From contig JBDTQH010000015.1 of assembly GCA_039932335.1 (NCBI GenBank), positions 23,416 to 87,415 on the forward strand: a stretch of DNA of 64,000 nucleotides. Reading direction: 5' to 3'. Numbering within the stretch: the stretch's first letter is position 1; every line of letters begins with the position of its first letter. A program made the translations under genes and the position numbers. Source of the DNA: Chloroflexota bacterium. GTDB lineage: Bacteria > Chloroflexota > Chloroflexia > QHBQ01 > JADMIH01. Below, piece by piece: positions 50,336-60,180 of this stretch. Below the pieces are notes generated by a model. It saw nothing but the letters and a program-made list of their open reading frames with translations, was not told the origin of the DNA and searched no databases.

Positions 50336-50377
50336 GCGCTTGGCAAGTCCATCGCGAGTATTGGGTGTCGGCTGCTA

Positions 50378-51346
50378 TTGCTGAGCCGCAAAGGCCAAGA
50401 CAGCAGAATGGGGCCAATTAGAGAGGCCCTCAACTTGAGAAGTGGAGCAAAAGCGGTGCCTAACCTGTTGTGGTGGATTACAGATTTGTTGAGGGGCACA
50501 GTGAGTTACAACGACGTCTTAGGGGCTGTCACTGTGACCGTATGCCTAATTCTACTGGTTGCTGGGAGCAGATTACGTGCCGACAGTGTTGGTGCAGGAG
50601 CATACTCAGGGGCTCACAGTGTGCAAGCCGCCCTGCTGTGGGTCGTGATAGGTGTATCGGTGGCCAGCAGCTGGTCTGATTGGCTCGGCATACCTGACAT
50701 AGCCGATTACCTCACTCCATGGCATATGCTCTTCGCGTTCTGGACGCTTGCTAGCGTGTTCCCAGCACTTGCTTTCTTCTGGGCAGCACGTCGCCACAAG
50801 TTCATTGCCGCCCTCTTTGGGTTTACAGGTCTGCTCCTATTTGTGCTGCTCGTTGATGTAAGTCTGCGCATGAGCGTACACGGTGTAATTGCCCCTGCGG
50901 CGCTCCTGTATGTAGCGCCATTGGCACTGGGTGGTGTCTTGCTGGGCTGGGCCATCGCATCAAGGCGGCGGTTCCAGGCACGCTATGTAGTGGCTTGGCT
51001 TGTACTCATGGCCACTTTGGGACAGGGACTTTACCTGTTGGAGATGTCCGCCCCAATGTACATCGTTGAGCATCTGTTGAGTGTGCCTACCTCTAGCTTG
51101 GAGTATGCCCAATCGGTTTCCCTGGTGAGTCAGGCAACTTGGGCTCAGATTCGAATCAGTGCTTTTTATCTTGTTTTGTCGCTCGCACTATTACTTGTGC
51201 CCCTAATGCGCTCTGCATCGGGTATGCTGCCTACATCTCTGGGAGCCATCCTAACGCGATTGCTGAGAGTGCATCCAGACATAAATCCAGGCGCCCGGGT
51301 GTCACCCCATACTAAGAATACGCACTATGTGGTGAAGAGAGTATGA
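50378..51346 (+). CDS. Hypothetical polytopic membrane protein in a low-GC insert between coxD and coxE
   Basis: About 8 predicted TM segments; no family recognised; start uncertain. Confidence 0.45.
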   Translation: MLSRKGQDSRMGPIREALNLRSGAKAVPNLLWWITDLLRGTVSYNDVLGAVTVTVCLILLVAGSRLRADSVGAGAYSGAHSVQAALLWVVIGVSVASSWSDWLGIPDIADYLTPWHMLFAFWTLASVFPALAFFWAARRHKFIAALFGFTGLLLFVLLVDVSLRMSVHGVIAPAALLYVAPLALGGVLLGWAIASRRRFQARYVVAWLVLMATLGQGLYLLEMSAPMYIVEHLLSVPTSSLEYAQSVSLVSQATWAQIRISAFYLVLSLALLLVPLMRSASGMLPTSLGAILTRLLRVHPDINPGARVSPHTKNTHYVVKRV

Positions 51347-51581
51347 ACTGTGAGCAGAGCTGCCATTTTGATGTTCATAACAGGCTCTAGAGCACATAGG
51401 GCAGGGCTGAGAGCGGTCTGCCCGTTTGGGGGCATGAGCGAAGCGGGGCGGGGTTGATGGTGATTGATGTTTGCCGCCAAAGCCTGAACGCGCTAATAAA
51501 CCCCAGCCTGTGAAACCAAAATACTACGCAATAGAAGAAATGAGACCAAAGTGCTCCCGCACTGATTAGCTTCCCCCCCAG

Positions 51582-52925
51582 ATGCCAAAACCAACCCCCA
51601 ACCAAGCTCAAGCCGCCCTCGCGGAGCGCCTCACCCGCCGATGGATCGACTTCGGCCGTCTCCTGCGCCGCAACGGAGTGGCCGTCACAGCCGGACAGGT
51701 GCGCGATCTCCTGCGTACAATGCCCCTTCTCGACCTGCACGATCGCGATGCCGTCTACCACGCCTCCCGCGCCCTCCTCTGCTCGCGCAAAGAAGACCTG
51801 CCCCGCTTCGACCTCGCCTTCCGCCAGTTCTGGGGCCGCACACGCCAGATCATCATCCCATCCGATACAGGCTCCCTCACCGAGCAACAGTCCGCCCCAA
51901 AAGTAAGACAGAGCAAGCTTGAACAGAGGAACCAGGACAACCCCGCAGCGCCGCCGATTGTGCCGCTGATCGAGCGCACAAGCCTCTCGGAAGCCGAGAA
52001 CGAACAGGAGCAATCAGGTGGTAGCAACGACGAACAGGTAACACAGGCCCTGCTCTACAGCGCCCAGGAGCGTCTCAACAGCCTCGACTTCGCACGCTTC
52101 ACCGACGAAGAGATAGCAGCCGCCAAAGCGCTTCTGGCCACCTGGAAATGGGAACCCGGCATGCGCCGCACCCGCCGGCTCGCTCCCCTCAAAAGAGGCC
52201 GCAGGCTCGACGCCGCCCGCACCATGCGCCGCGCCATGCGCACCGAAGGTATCCCCTACACACTCTCCATGCGTGGCCCCCGCACCAAGCCGCGTCCGCT
52301 CGTGCTCCTCTGCGACATCAGCGGCTCGATGGCCCCGTACACGCGCATGATGCTTCACTTCCTCCACACCCTGCGGCGTGAAGTAGGCCACGCAGAGGTG
52401 TTCGTCTTCGGCACGCGCCTTACCCGCATTACGCGCCAGCTTCGCGTGCGAGACATCGACTCGGCCCTCGCTGATGTCACCAAGCAGGTAAGCGACTGGT
52501 CGGGAGGTACACGCACGGGCGAGGCCCTCCGCACCTTCAACACACAGTGGGCAAGGCGTGTGCTAGGCCAGGGCGCGGTTGTCTGCATCATCAGCGACGG
52601 ATGGGATCGAGGCGACCCCGCCCTCCTCGTCAACGAGCTAGCCCACCTGCAGAGGACTGCCTTCCGGCTCGTCTGGCTCAACCCTCTCCTCGGCATCGCC
52701 GGCTACAGGCCGCTCACCCGTGGCATGGCCGCTGCCCTTCCCTACATCGACGACTTTCTACCTGCCAACAACCTTAACAGCCTTCACGAGCTTGCCGACC
52801 TCCTGACAAGCCTCAATCTGAACACAAGGCCGTCTCGCCGCCAATCCCTTCTCCCACCACCTACCGCATCCGTGTCCACGTCCCACTCCGGCCCGGCCTT
52901 CACAGTAGCCCCGAGCACATCCTGA
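51582..52925 (+). CDS. VWA-domain protein (CoxE-like)
   Basis: C-terminal VWA/MIDAS-like region (LLCDISGSM); CoxE-like N-terminal region. Confidence 0.8.
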   Translation: MPKPTPNQAQAALAERLTRRWIDFGRLLRRNGVAVTAGQVRDLLRTMPLLDLHDRDAVYHASRALLCSRKEDLPRFDLAFRQFWGRTRQIIIPSDTGSLTEQQSAPKVRQSKLEQRNQDNPAAPPIVPLIERTSLSEAENEQEQSGGSNDEQVTQALLYSAQERLNSLDFARFTDEEIAAAKALLATWKWEPGMRRTRRLAPLKRGRRLDAARTMRRAMRTEGIPYTLSMRGPRTKPRPLVLLCDISGSMAPYTRMMLHFLHTLRREVGHAEVFVFGTRLTRITRQLRVRDIDSALADVTKQVSDWSGGTRTGEALRTFNTQWARRVLGQGAVVCIISDGWDRGDPALLVNELAHLQRTAFRLVWLNPLLGIAGYRPLTRGMAAALPYIDDFLPANNLNSLHELADLLTSLNLNTRPSRRQSLLPPPTASVSTSHSGPAFTVAPSTS

Positions 52926-53117
52926 GCAAAATATCAGGCATATATCTTGCTTATGTAGCTGGTAGAGATACAAAATGTGTCTCGGGGGTTACAGATTAGC
53001 GCCGAACTACCTGACGAGCGTCCCCTGCTGCATCGCCTCGCTTAGGGCTGCACTGGAATCCTCCCTTATCACTGTCCCAGCCATACTCCGCACCCACTAT
53101 CACAAACACGACAGCAG

Positions 53118-53537
53118 GTGAACATGAGAATACGACCACTAATATCCGCGGCCCTGGGTCTACTCACGACCCTTTCCCTATCTTTCGTGCTCGAAACCAG
53201 GGCGAGCCATGCAGCGCCAACTGCAATCATAAGGGGCCATGCCAAATACTACTCGCCCGGAATGTTCCAGACGGTAGCGAGAAATCGCGGCATCAAGCTG
53301 CGCTCCGATGTGTCGGGCTATGCAGCCGTACCCAATTGCAACCATATCGGGAAGGTTATCAAGGCACGCATCAACAGCCGTGACACCGAGACCTACCAGG
53401 TGGTAGACTGCTCTGCACCCGCCGACCGCGCTCGCCACATACGTGACGGCCTCGTGATAGAGGTAGATTACAGCAGCGCTGTGCGCAACCAATTCGCCAA
53501 TCAAGGGCGCGCACCTGCCTCTGTCTACTACCCCTAG
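53118..53537 (+). CDS. Small secreted protein, probable RlpA/3D-type double-psi beta-barrel domain
   Basis: Signal peptide; GHAKYYSP...AAVP...GKVIKARINSRD pattern resembles a DPBB. Confidence 0.4.
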   Translation: MNMRIRPLISAALGLLTTLSLSFVLETRASHAAPTAIIRGHAKYYSPGMFQTVARNRGIKLRSDVSGYAAVPNCNHIGKVIKARINSRDTETYQVVDCSAPADRARHIRDGLVIEVDYSSAVRNQFANQGRAPASVYYP

Positions 53538-54091
53538 CGCGGCTCGTGATCGCCATCGGTTTGCCCCTTCAAGCTCAGTGCCGAATAAATCTCCCCAAGA
53601 AATCTGCTCGGCACGCGCCCTATCATGCGCGTCGACACAAACCCACACCGCCGCGCCAGCGTTTCCCAGCCAGGATAAGAGAGAGGGTGCGGCACCCACA
53701 TATTCCCACGGTCGGCGCTATACTCCACCAGTAGGAGGCGTGCGCCCGGCTTCAGGTAGCCCCGAATCATCTCCACAACGGCCTCTTTGTGCCGCACAAA
53801 ATGGAGCGAGTTGGCCATAACCACCCCGTCCAGCGCAGGCAGATCGAGCGGCCGAGTAAAGTCGCCCAACACATAATGCACATCTGCCGCCGGAAACATC
53901 GCCTTCATGGCCCGCTCCTGCTCCCGCAGCGAGCCTCTATCTTTGTCGACCGAATAAATAGTCCCATGAGGCCCAATCAAGTCCGCCAGTGCCAGCGTAA
54001 ATGCGCCCCACCCCGAACCCAGGTCGGCCCATGTGCCGCCCGTCGTGGGCACTCCTTCTCTCAATAAGCTAACATGATCTTCGTGCTGCAT
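53534..54091 (-). CDS. Class I SAM-dependent methyltransferase
   Basis: Motif I DLGSGWGAFTLALA; its first 11 codons lie inside a 35-bp sequence that is duplicated at 55250-55284. Confidence 0.85.
   Translation of the reverse strand: MQHEDHVSLLREGVPTTGGTWADLGSGWGAFTLALADLIGPHGTIYSVDKDRGSLREQERAMKAMFPAADVHYVLGDFTRPLDLPALDGVVMANSLHFVRHKEAVVEMIRGYLKPGARLLLVEYSADRGNMWVPHPLSYPGWETLARRCGFVSTRMIGRVPSRFLGEIYSALSLKGQTDGDHEPR
54057..54091. repeat. 35-bp perfect direct repeat, left copy
   Basis: tctctcaataagctaacatgatcttcgtgctgcat is identical at 55250-55284. Confidence 0.85.
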
Positions 54092-54186
54092 TTGAGCTAT
54101 TCTTTCCTTCCAGACAGAATCAGGGGCACTCTTTCCTGACAGACAGGACTCGTGTGCGTGTACTGTAGCACATTGATGGCTTATAT

Positions 54187-55260
54187 TTGCAGAGTCAAGT
54201 GCTATATTTCCTAGTCATTACCACCTATTTGGGTTGTACCTCTCCTGCTACTATCGGATATAATCGGAGCGTGAAAGTTGCATACGACATCCCAGCACCG
54301 GACGACCTTCGCGACGTTCAGGTTTTCCCCGCTCGCGCTACGACACGCAGTTTGCTCATCCGTGCTACCACAGTAGGATTGATTGTGAGTATAGCGCACC
54401 TGCTATACCATCTACTGACGCCAACTGCACATCCAGGTGATTTCGTGTGGGCACTACAGACCGCCTACACTCTATCGCAAGGTATAGACCCGTATGGGTT
54501 CGCGCCTGACCCCTTACTCATACCATACCCGCTCCCTGTTGCTCTATTCGGTGTGCCTTTCCTCTGGACCATTGGCGTTCTACCATTCTTCGTTGCTGGC
54601 GCGGTGTTCTTGGGTATATCGGCCGGCCTGCTAACATGGTCTATGCTAAGAGCGGGTGAGAATTGGAGGCTAACATTAATCCTGCTGTCGGGCCCTTTTT
54701 GGATGGCCGTCCTCGTCAGTCAATGGTCTCCCTTGATTGTCGCTACCTGGTACATTCCGGTGTTAGCTCCTTTGCTCGTACTAGTCAAGCCACAAATAGC
54801 GCTACCTGTTGCCATAGCTCACAAGCTATCCAAGCCAGGACTTCTGATAGCGGGCGTTGTTCTGCTATTTAGCCTCATTATAGATGCGACATGGCCTTTT
54901 CGCTTTCTGTCTATGATGGGCCCCTATCAGAGCACGATCCCCATCCTAACCCTTCCGCTTGGCCCACTCTTGATCCTGGCAGCACTTCGGTGGCGCGATG
55001 AGCGTGGACGGCTGCTTTTATTTATGGCCGTGATGCCCCAACGCACTATATATGACTATCTTCCGTTATGGTTGGTACCTACTGGAATACGTGGGCTGGC
55101 TGTCCTAACAGCATTAAGTTGGTTAGTTGTATTGGCCGGAATACCAACATGGCCTGCTATGTTCACTACGCCTGATATGCAGTGGGCCATACATGCTCTC
55201 TACCTCCCTGCACTGATAATTTTGCTGCTCCGCAAACCTCAAGTGCGCCTCTCTCAATAA
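54187..55260 (+). CDS. Hypothetical polytopic membrane protein carried on a low-GC 1.16-kb insert
   Basis: About 9 TM; no family recognised; its stop codon TAA lies inside the right 35-bp repeat. Confidence 0.5.
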   Translation: MQSQVLYFLVITTYLGCTSPATIGYNRSVKVAYDIPAPDDLRDVQVFPARATTRSLLIRATTVGLIVSIAHLLYHLLTPTAHPGDFVWALQTAYTLSQGIDPYGFAPDPLLIPYPLPVALFGVPFLWTIGVLPFFVAGAVFLGISAGLLTWSMLRAGENWRLTLILLSGPFWMAVLVSQWSPLIVATWYIPVLAPLLVLVKPQIALPVAIAHKLSKPGLLIAGVVLLFSLIIDATWPFRFLSMMGPYQSTIPILTLPLGPLLILAALRWRDERGRLLLFMAVMPQRTIYDYLPLWLVPTGIRGLAVLTALSWLVVLAGIPTWPAMFTTPDMQWAIHALYLPALIILLLRKPQVRLSQ

Positions 55261-55284
55261 GCTAACATGATCTTCGTGCTGCAT
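55250..55284. repeat. 35-bp perfect direct repeat, right copy
   Basis: Identical to 54057-54091. Confidence 0.85.
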
Positions 55285-55328
55285 AACCCCTACCCAATTT
55301 TAACCTGAGATATAACCCGTAATCCACT

Positions 55329-56006
55329 CTACCGCCTTCTGCCTGTAGCGCTTACCGCCAGTGATCCTTGCACCTTGCCCGGCAACAGGAAGAACAACGC
55401 AAGCAGTAAAATAAGTACAAGACTGGCCTGCGCGCTGACTATCGCCAGCAGCAAAGCAACCATGTAGACAACAGGCCCAAACGCATACGACCGCGTGAGT
55501 GCTTTCACCTCCGCTGGATCAGCGGTCTTGTTTATCAGGCGGTTGTTATGCGACATGTGCCACCACAGAAAGTTGTAGAATAGGGCAATCAGCACGCTGG
55601 TTCCGCTATATACCATCATGGCCACGCCGGCCATCCCATTCTCAGTGTCCTTTATATATTCCGCCACCATAGCAGTGGGGAACGGCAAGAAACTGATGGT
55701 AAGCAAGAGCAAGCTGTTCAACACAAGCAGCCAGTGGCTGGTTCGCCTGATATATCGGAATAGCATGTGATGGTTCATCCACATAATCGCGATCGTGGAG
55801 AAGCCCATCAGATAGGCCACATAAGAGGGCCACTGATGTAGCAGCGCGCCCCATAATTCCGACGCGTTGTGCACATCCTGGGGCACTTTTATCTCAAGCA
55901 CAAGCAGTGTGGTAGCAATAGCAAACACCCCATCACTGAACGCCTCAATCCGCCCCGTCTCCCTCTCTCCTTCAACAACTGAAACAACCGCCTCATCACC
56001 AGCCAT
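55329..56006 (-). CDS. DUF1211 / TMEM175-family membrane protein (putative K+ channel)
   Basis: RIEAFSDGVFAIATTLLVLE signature of DUF1211; 6 TM. Confidence 0.8.
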   Translation of the reverse strand: MAGDEAVVSVVEGERETGRIEAFSDGVFAIATTLLVLEIKVPQDVHNASELWGALLHQWPSYVAYLMGFSTIAIMWMNHHMLFRYIRRTSHWLLVLNSLLLLTISFLPFPTAMVAEYIKDTENGMAGVAMMVYSGTSVLIALFYNFLWWHMSHNNRLINKTADPAEVKALTRSYAFGPVVYMVALLLAIVSAQASLVLILLLALFFLLPGKVQGSLAVSATGRRR

Positions 56007-56047
56007 ACTACATCCCCCAAAGACGCATAGGGATCAGTTGCCACCAA

Positions 56048-56100
56048 CTGACCCCTGACCCCTAAACGACTCAGCACTCGGTACTCGGTACTCGGTACTC
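56048..56100. repeat. Heptamer repeats TGACCCCTGACCCCT and (GGTACTC)x3
   Basis: tgacccctgacccct (exact copy of 36136-36150) then ctcggtactcggtactcggtactcgc. Confidence 0.75.
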
Positions 56101-56105
56101 GCCTC

Positions 56106-58049
56106 TTACCTGTAGGCCTCAGCTTGCAGATTGAACAGCTCTGCATACGTGCCGTCCAGCGCAAGCAGCTCCGGGTGACTGCCCGCTTCCGTTATCGTGC
56201 CGCCTTCCAGCACGAAGATCCGGTCGGCCAGCCGCACTGTACTGAAGCGGTGGCTGATAAAGAAGGCCATCTTGCCCTGCGTCAGTTCCTTCATGCGGGC
56301 GAAGATCTCGTACTCGGCCCGGGCATCAAGGCTGGCTGTCGGCTCGTCCAGGATCAATATACCTGCGTCTCGCATAAAGGCACGAGCCAGCGCGACCTTC
56401 TGCCACTCGCCGCCCGAAAGCTGGTAGCCTTCGTCAAACCAGCGTCCCAGGGTTGTATCATACCCCTTCGGCAGCTTCGATATTACCCCGGCGGCCCCGC
56501 TCTTGTTCGCCGACACCTCAACTAGCTCGCGGTTCTGCATCTCCTCAAGCTTGCCGATGCCTATATTGTCGCTCGCGCTGAAGAAGTAGGTCACGTAGTC
56601 CTGGAAGATCACGCCCGTAGCATCGTGCAGGCTCTGTAGATCGTACTCGCGTATGCCCACGCCATCTATCAGGATCTGCCCCTCATCCGGGTCGTACAGT
56701 CTAGTAATCAGCTTCACAATGGTGGTCTTGCCCGCACCGTTCTGCCCCACAAGAGCCACCGCTTCATCGGGCCTGATATAGAAGCTAACGTCCCGCAGTG
56801 CAGGCTCGGTCTTGCCTGGATAGGTAAAGCTGACGTTCCTGAACTCCAGCCCTTGCTTCAACGGCAGCACCAACGGCCGCGCATTGGGCGCATTGCGGAT
56901 CTGCGGTGTGTAATCGAGGAAGCTGTACAGGTTGGTCAGGTACAGGCTATTCTCGTACATGTCCGACAACCCGCTCAGTATACTGCCAAGGCTCGATTGC
57001 ACCGCCCCTACAGCCTGTGTGAAGAAAGTGAGATCGCCTAACGTGAGCCGCCCCGCGATAGTGCCGAGAGCCACGTACAGGTATGTGCCGCTCGTCACTA
57101 TCGTGCTGAGGCTGCCCCACACATAACCCATCAGGTAGCGGCGCTTCACAAGGCTGCGGTTCTCTTTGTAGAAGCGCACCGATATCTCTTCCCACTTCTT
57201 GATAAAGTAGTCACCCAGCCCGAAGAGCTTGATCTCTTTGTTGTATGTGTCCCTCGTCAGCAGGTCGAGGAAGTAGGTCATGCGCCGCCTGTCGGGCGAC
57301 TGCCTTCGCGACATCATATAGCCCTGCCATCCGTAGCGCGAGCTTGCTATAAAGCTCGGTATCGGCGCGATCAGCGATGCCAGTGCCACAACCCAGCCCA
57401 GGCTAGCGATAAGCGCGATCATGCTCAGGAATGTGATCGCATTGCGCACCAGGCTGAACATCTGCTCAACCATCTGTGTGGGCCTGTAACCCGCCTCGCG
57501 CTGCGCCTGCTGTAAGGCATCGTAGAAAGTCGGGTTCTCAAAAAAACTGAGATCCAGGCTATTGGCGTGCCTCATGAGCAATAGTTGCACGCGCCGAGCC
57601 GTCAGTTCCTGTAGCGCCTGCTGGTTGATATTCCGTATTGTCTGCAGCAGCGAGCTACCCACGAGCAGCACAAATTGCAGCACCACAAGCTGTATTACCA
57701 GCGCGGTAGCACTGCCTACACCGCCCACCTTGGCGGCTCCTACAATCGCATCTATGAGCAGCTTGCTAATCCATGCGGTGGCCGTCGGTATCAAACCAAA
57801 CACGATCGAAAACACCGCCATGGCGACGGTATATCCCTTGTGCGATCCCCAGACAAGCGAAAAGGCACGCGGCGCGCCCGAAAGCGTAGCCCGCACCTGC
57901 TTTTTCCATTCCGTCCAACGCTCGCCTAAACTCTTTTTCTCTTCTTCCTCAATAATCTCTGGTTGCTCGTCGCCTCCGCTCAAAGCCGACCCCATCGCAG
58001 GGCCTGGCTTGTGCGCTCCACGCGCGCCTCTCCCATTCATTCTATCCAT
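56106..58049 (-). CDS. ABC exporter, fused permease-ATPase (MsbA/MdlB-like)
   Basis: 6-TM domain plus an NBD with GQNGAGKTT, LSGGEWQKVALARA, ILILDEPTASLD. Confidence 0.9.
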   Translation of the reverse strand: MDRMNGRGARGAHKPGPAMGSALSGGDEQPEIIEEEEKKSLGERWTEWKKQVRATLSGAPRAFSLVWGSHKGYTVAMAVFSIVFGLIPTATAWISKLLIDAIVGAAKVGGVGSATALVIQLVVLQFVLLVGSSLLQTIRNINQQALQELTARRVQLLLMRHANSLDLSFFENPTFYDALQQAQREAGYRPTQMVEQMFSLVRNAITFLSMIALIASLGWVVALASLIAPIPSFIASSRYGWQGYMMSRRQSPDRRRMTYFLDLLTRDTYNKEIKLFGLGDYFIKKWEEISVRFYKENRSLVKRRYLMGYVWGSLSTIVTSGTYLYVALGTIAGRLTLGDLTFFTQAVGAVQSSLGSILSGLSDMYENSLYLTNLYSFLDYTPQIRNAPNARPLVLPLKQGLEFRNVSFTYPGKTEPALRDVSFYIRPDEAVALVGQNGAGKTTIVKLITRLYDPDEGQILIDGVGIREYDLQSLHDATGVIFQDYVTYFFSASDNIGIGKLEEMQNRELVEVSANKSGAAGVISKLPKGYDTTLGRWFDEGYQLSGGEWQKVALARAFMRDAGILILDEPTASLDARAEYEIFARMKELTQGKMAFFISHRFSTVRLADRIFVLEGGTITEAGSHPELLALDGTYAELFNLQAEAYR

Positions 58050-58268
58050 ATTCTTTGTTTTCCTTTGCTTTTCTTCCTTAGCGATATATCTCTATGTATC
58101 TTTATCTTCATAATATTACCATAAATATAACGTTAAAGCAACAGTCAAAGCCTCTCCCATCCGGCCAGTGTCAGACTGGCTAACTGGCCTAAGGAGCGTA
58201 CCGCGTACTGGGTGCTCAGTACCGTACTAACAAAGAAGTATCAGGTAAGCGCACCCCACGAGGCAGTG

Positions 58269-58345
58269 TCATTCTGAGCGAAGCGAAGAATCCGTCTGGG
58301 TAGAAATTAGTATGGAGGTTGATTCTTCACTGCGTTCAGAATGAC
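58269..58345. repeat. Hairpin element, copy 2 (related to 13909-14021)
   Basis: gtcattctgagcgaagcgaagaatc ... gattcttcactgcgttcagaatgac. Confidence 0.65.
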
Positions 58346-58499
58346 AATGTAAACAGACACGCTTATACGACACCTCTTTGTTAGCTACGCACTCAGTATT
58401 GCGTAGTCGTAAGTTGTCAGTTAGCTTGGCGCGCCGACATTCAAGCAATGATTATGGAATAGATTGCTATAGACTAAATTGCTTCGGCATATTGTACAG

Positions 58500-58720
58500 C
58501 CCACGAAGTGGGCGGCAGAAAGTAGCCCCTGGCGTAAGCCTGGGGACCAGCGTTCCCCTTCGTCCAAAGCCCACGAAGTGGGCGATAGAAACGCACGAAT
58601 AGCCTATCCCTTACCCTGTATATCTTTCGCCCCTTACAGGGGCTTGTTTGGTTGGGTGGCTGTTACCCCGGGCTTACGCCAGGGGCTACCGTCTTACGCC
58701 CACTTCGTGGGCTAGTGATT
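58500..58720. repeat. MITE-like inverted-repeat element (~48-bp arms: cacgaagtgggcg..agaaagtagcccc..ggcgtaagcc..gggg)
   Basis: Left arm 58503-58552, right arm 58665-58712 is its reverse complement; internal partial copy at 58563-58590; homologous to 41156-41205. Confidence 0.65.
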
Positions 58721-58880
58721 GCTGCCTATGGGGACGGCTTACTCTCCCGATCTTGCCTGGAAGATGAGGCACACTGTCAGTAGACGACAGACCAGCAACG
58801 GCCGTCCCATAAGAGAGCCTACCCGCCTTTACACTGTGCCGCATAGTCTCTTGCCTCAGCACCCCTCAAAACCTTAAACA

Positions 58881-58941
58881 CCTCAGCGAACCTCCGCGCT
58901 CTCTGCGCCTCTGCGGTGAACCCGTAAACCCGTAAAACCCG
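58881..58941 (-). repeat. Dispersed ~40-nt core repeat, copy 2 (inverted), plus (CCCGTAAA)x2
   Basis: Reverse complement ttcaccgcagaggcgcagagagcgcggaggttcgctgagg differs at 1 nt from 11725-11762. Confidence 0.7.
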
Positions 58942-58942
58942 A

Positions 58943-59998
58943 CTACCTTATACCCAGGCTCAGGATCAGCGTCGCACTTACCACGATCAACACGAGCAGC
59001 GACCCGGCGACCGTCAGCAGCACGGGCCGTCCTACCTTCCTAACGGCCCGCACATCAACTCCAAGGCCGAGGGCGGCCATAGCCGCGATAGTCAGCCAGC
59101 GCGACACCTCGCGCAGTGGGTCGGCGATCGCCGCGGGCAGCACTCCCACCGAGCGCGCCAGTGCAAGCAGCAGGAAGCCGATAATAAACGGCGGCACTAG
59201 CTTGCTCACCGACACTCGCCCTGCCCCATCAGGCTGCCTGAACCGCAACGCGAAAAAGAGCACCACAGGCCCAAGCATCAACACCCGCGCCAGCTTGACA
59301 AGCGTGCCGATCTGCCCGCTAAGGGCGCTAACCGGAAGTGTAGCGGCCAGCACCTGCGGCACGGCGTACACAGTCATGCCCGCCAGCACACCATACTGGT
59401 AGAACGACAGGCTCAGCAGCGGTATCAACAAGGGCAAACTCAGCACGACCACCACGCCAACCACAGCCGTCAGTGCGATTGCCGAGGCGACATCCTCAGC
59501 GTCCGCCCCGATCACGGGTGCGACTGCCGCGATAGCTGAATTGCCGCAAATAGAGTTTCCGACCGCCACCAGGATAGCCAGCTTTGGGTTCAACCCCAGC
59601 GAGCGCCCAATCGTCATGCTGGTGACAATCCCAAGCGCGACCACCAGCACAATCGAAATCGCCAATGCAGGCCCAGCCGTGAGCAGCGCGGGCAAATTCA
59701 CCGACGCCCCCAGCAGCACAATTGCTATCTCCAGCACCTGCTTGGCCGTGAAGCTAATCCCCGGTGCCCAGAGCGCCCCCGGCTTCCAGAAGGTACGCAC
59801 AACCATACCTAGCAGGATTGCGATCACCAGCGACTCAATCACCGCCTGCCCCGCAACCCGCTCTTCAGCAACCTGAATACCCCAGGCCGCCACCCCGATA
59901 CCAGCCGCCAGCGCAATTCCCGGCACCAAAGAGGGGGAACCGGCGATGAAGCCCGTTAGTCCTGTCTGCTTTGTCGGGTTCGCCCCACCTGCCGTCAT
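58943..59998 (-). CDS. YeiH/UPF0324-family membrane protein (putative sulfate-exporter-like transporter)
   Basis: About 10 TM; GNSICGNSAIAA motif characteristic of PF03601. Confidence 0.75.
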   Translation of the reverse strand: MTAGGANPTKQTGLTGFIAGSPSLVPGIALAAGIGVAAWGIQVAEERVAGQAVIESLVIAILLGMVVRTFWKPGALWAPGISFTAKQVLEIAIVLLGASVNLPALLTAGPALAISIVLVVALGIVTSMTIGRSLGLNPKLAILVAVGNSICGNSAIAAVAPVIGADAEDVASAIALTAVVGVVVVLSLPLLIPLLSLSFYQYGVLAGMTVYAVPQVLAATLPVSALSGQIGTLVKLARVLMLGPVVLFFALRFRQPDGAGRVSVSKLVPPFIIGFLLLALARSVGVLPAAIADPLREVSRWLTIAAMAALGLGVDVRAVRKVGRPVLLTVAGSLLVLIVVSATLILSLGIR

Positions 59999-60180
59999 AC
60001 TATTCCTTCGCCACTTTCTATGTTATGTCAGCGAGTATTATAGATCACCGCTACAACCTGTGACACCGCGAGTTAGGGGAAGTGTAAGGTTTGTAGCCCC
60101 TTACCATGAGTGCCCATCCGTAATCGACGTACCATGGTGTGCCACTGCTATGCGCAGCGTTACCCTGATGATTCGAGTTG

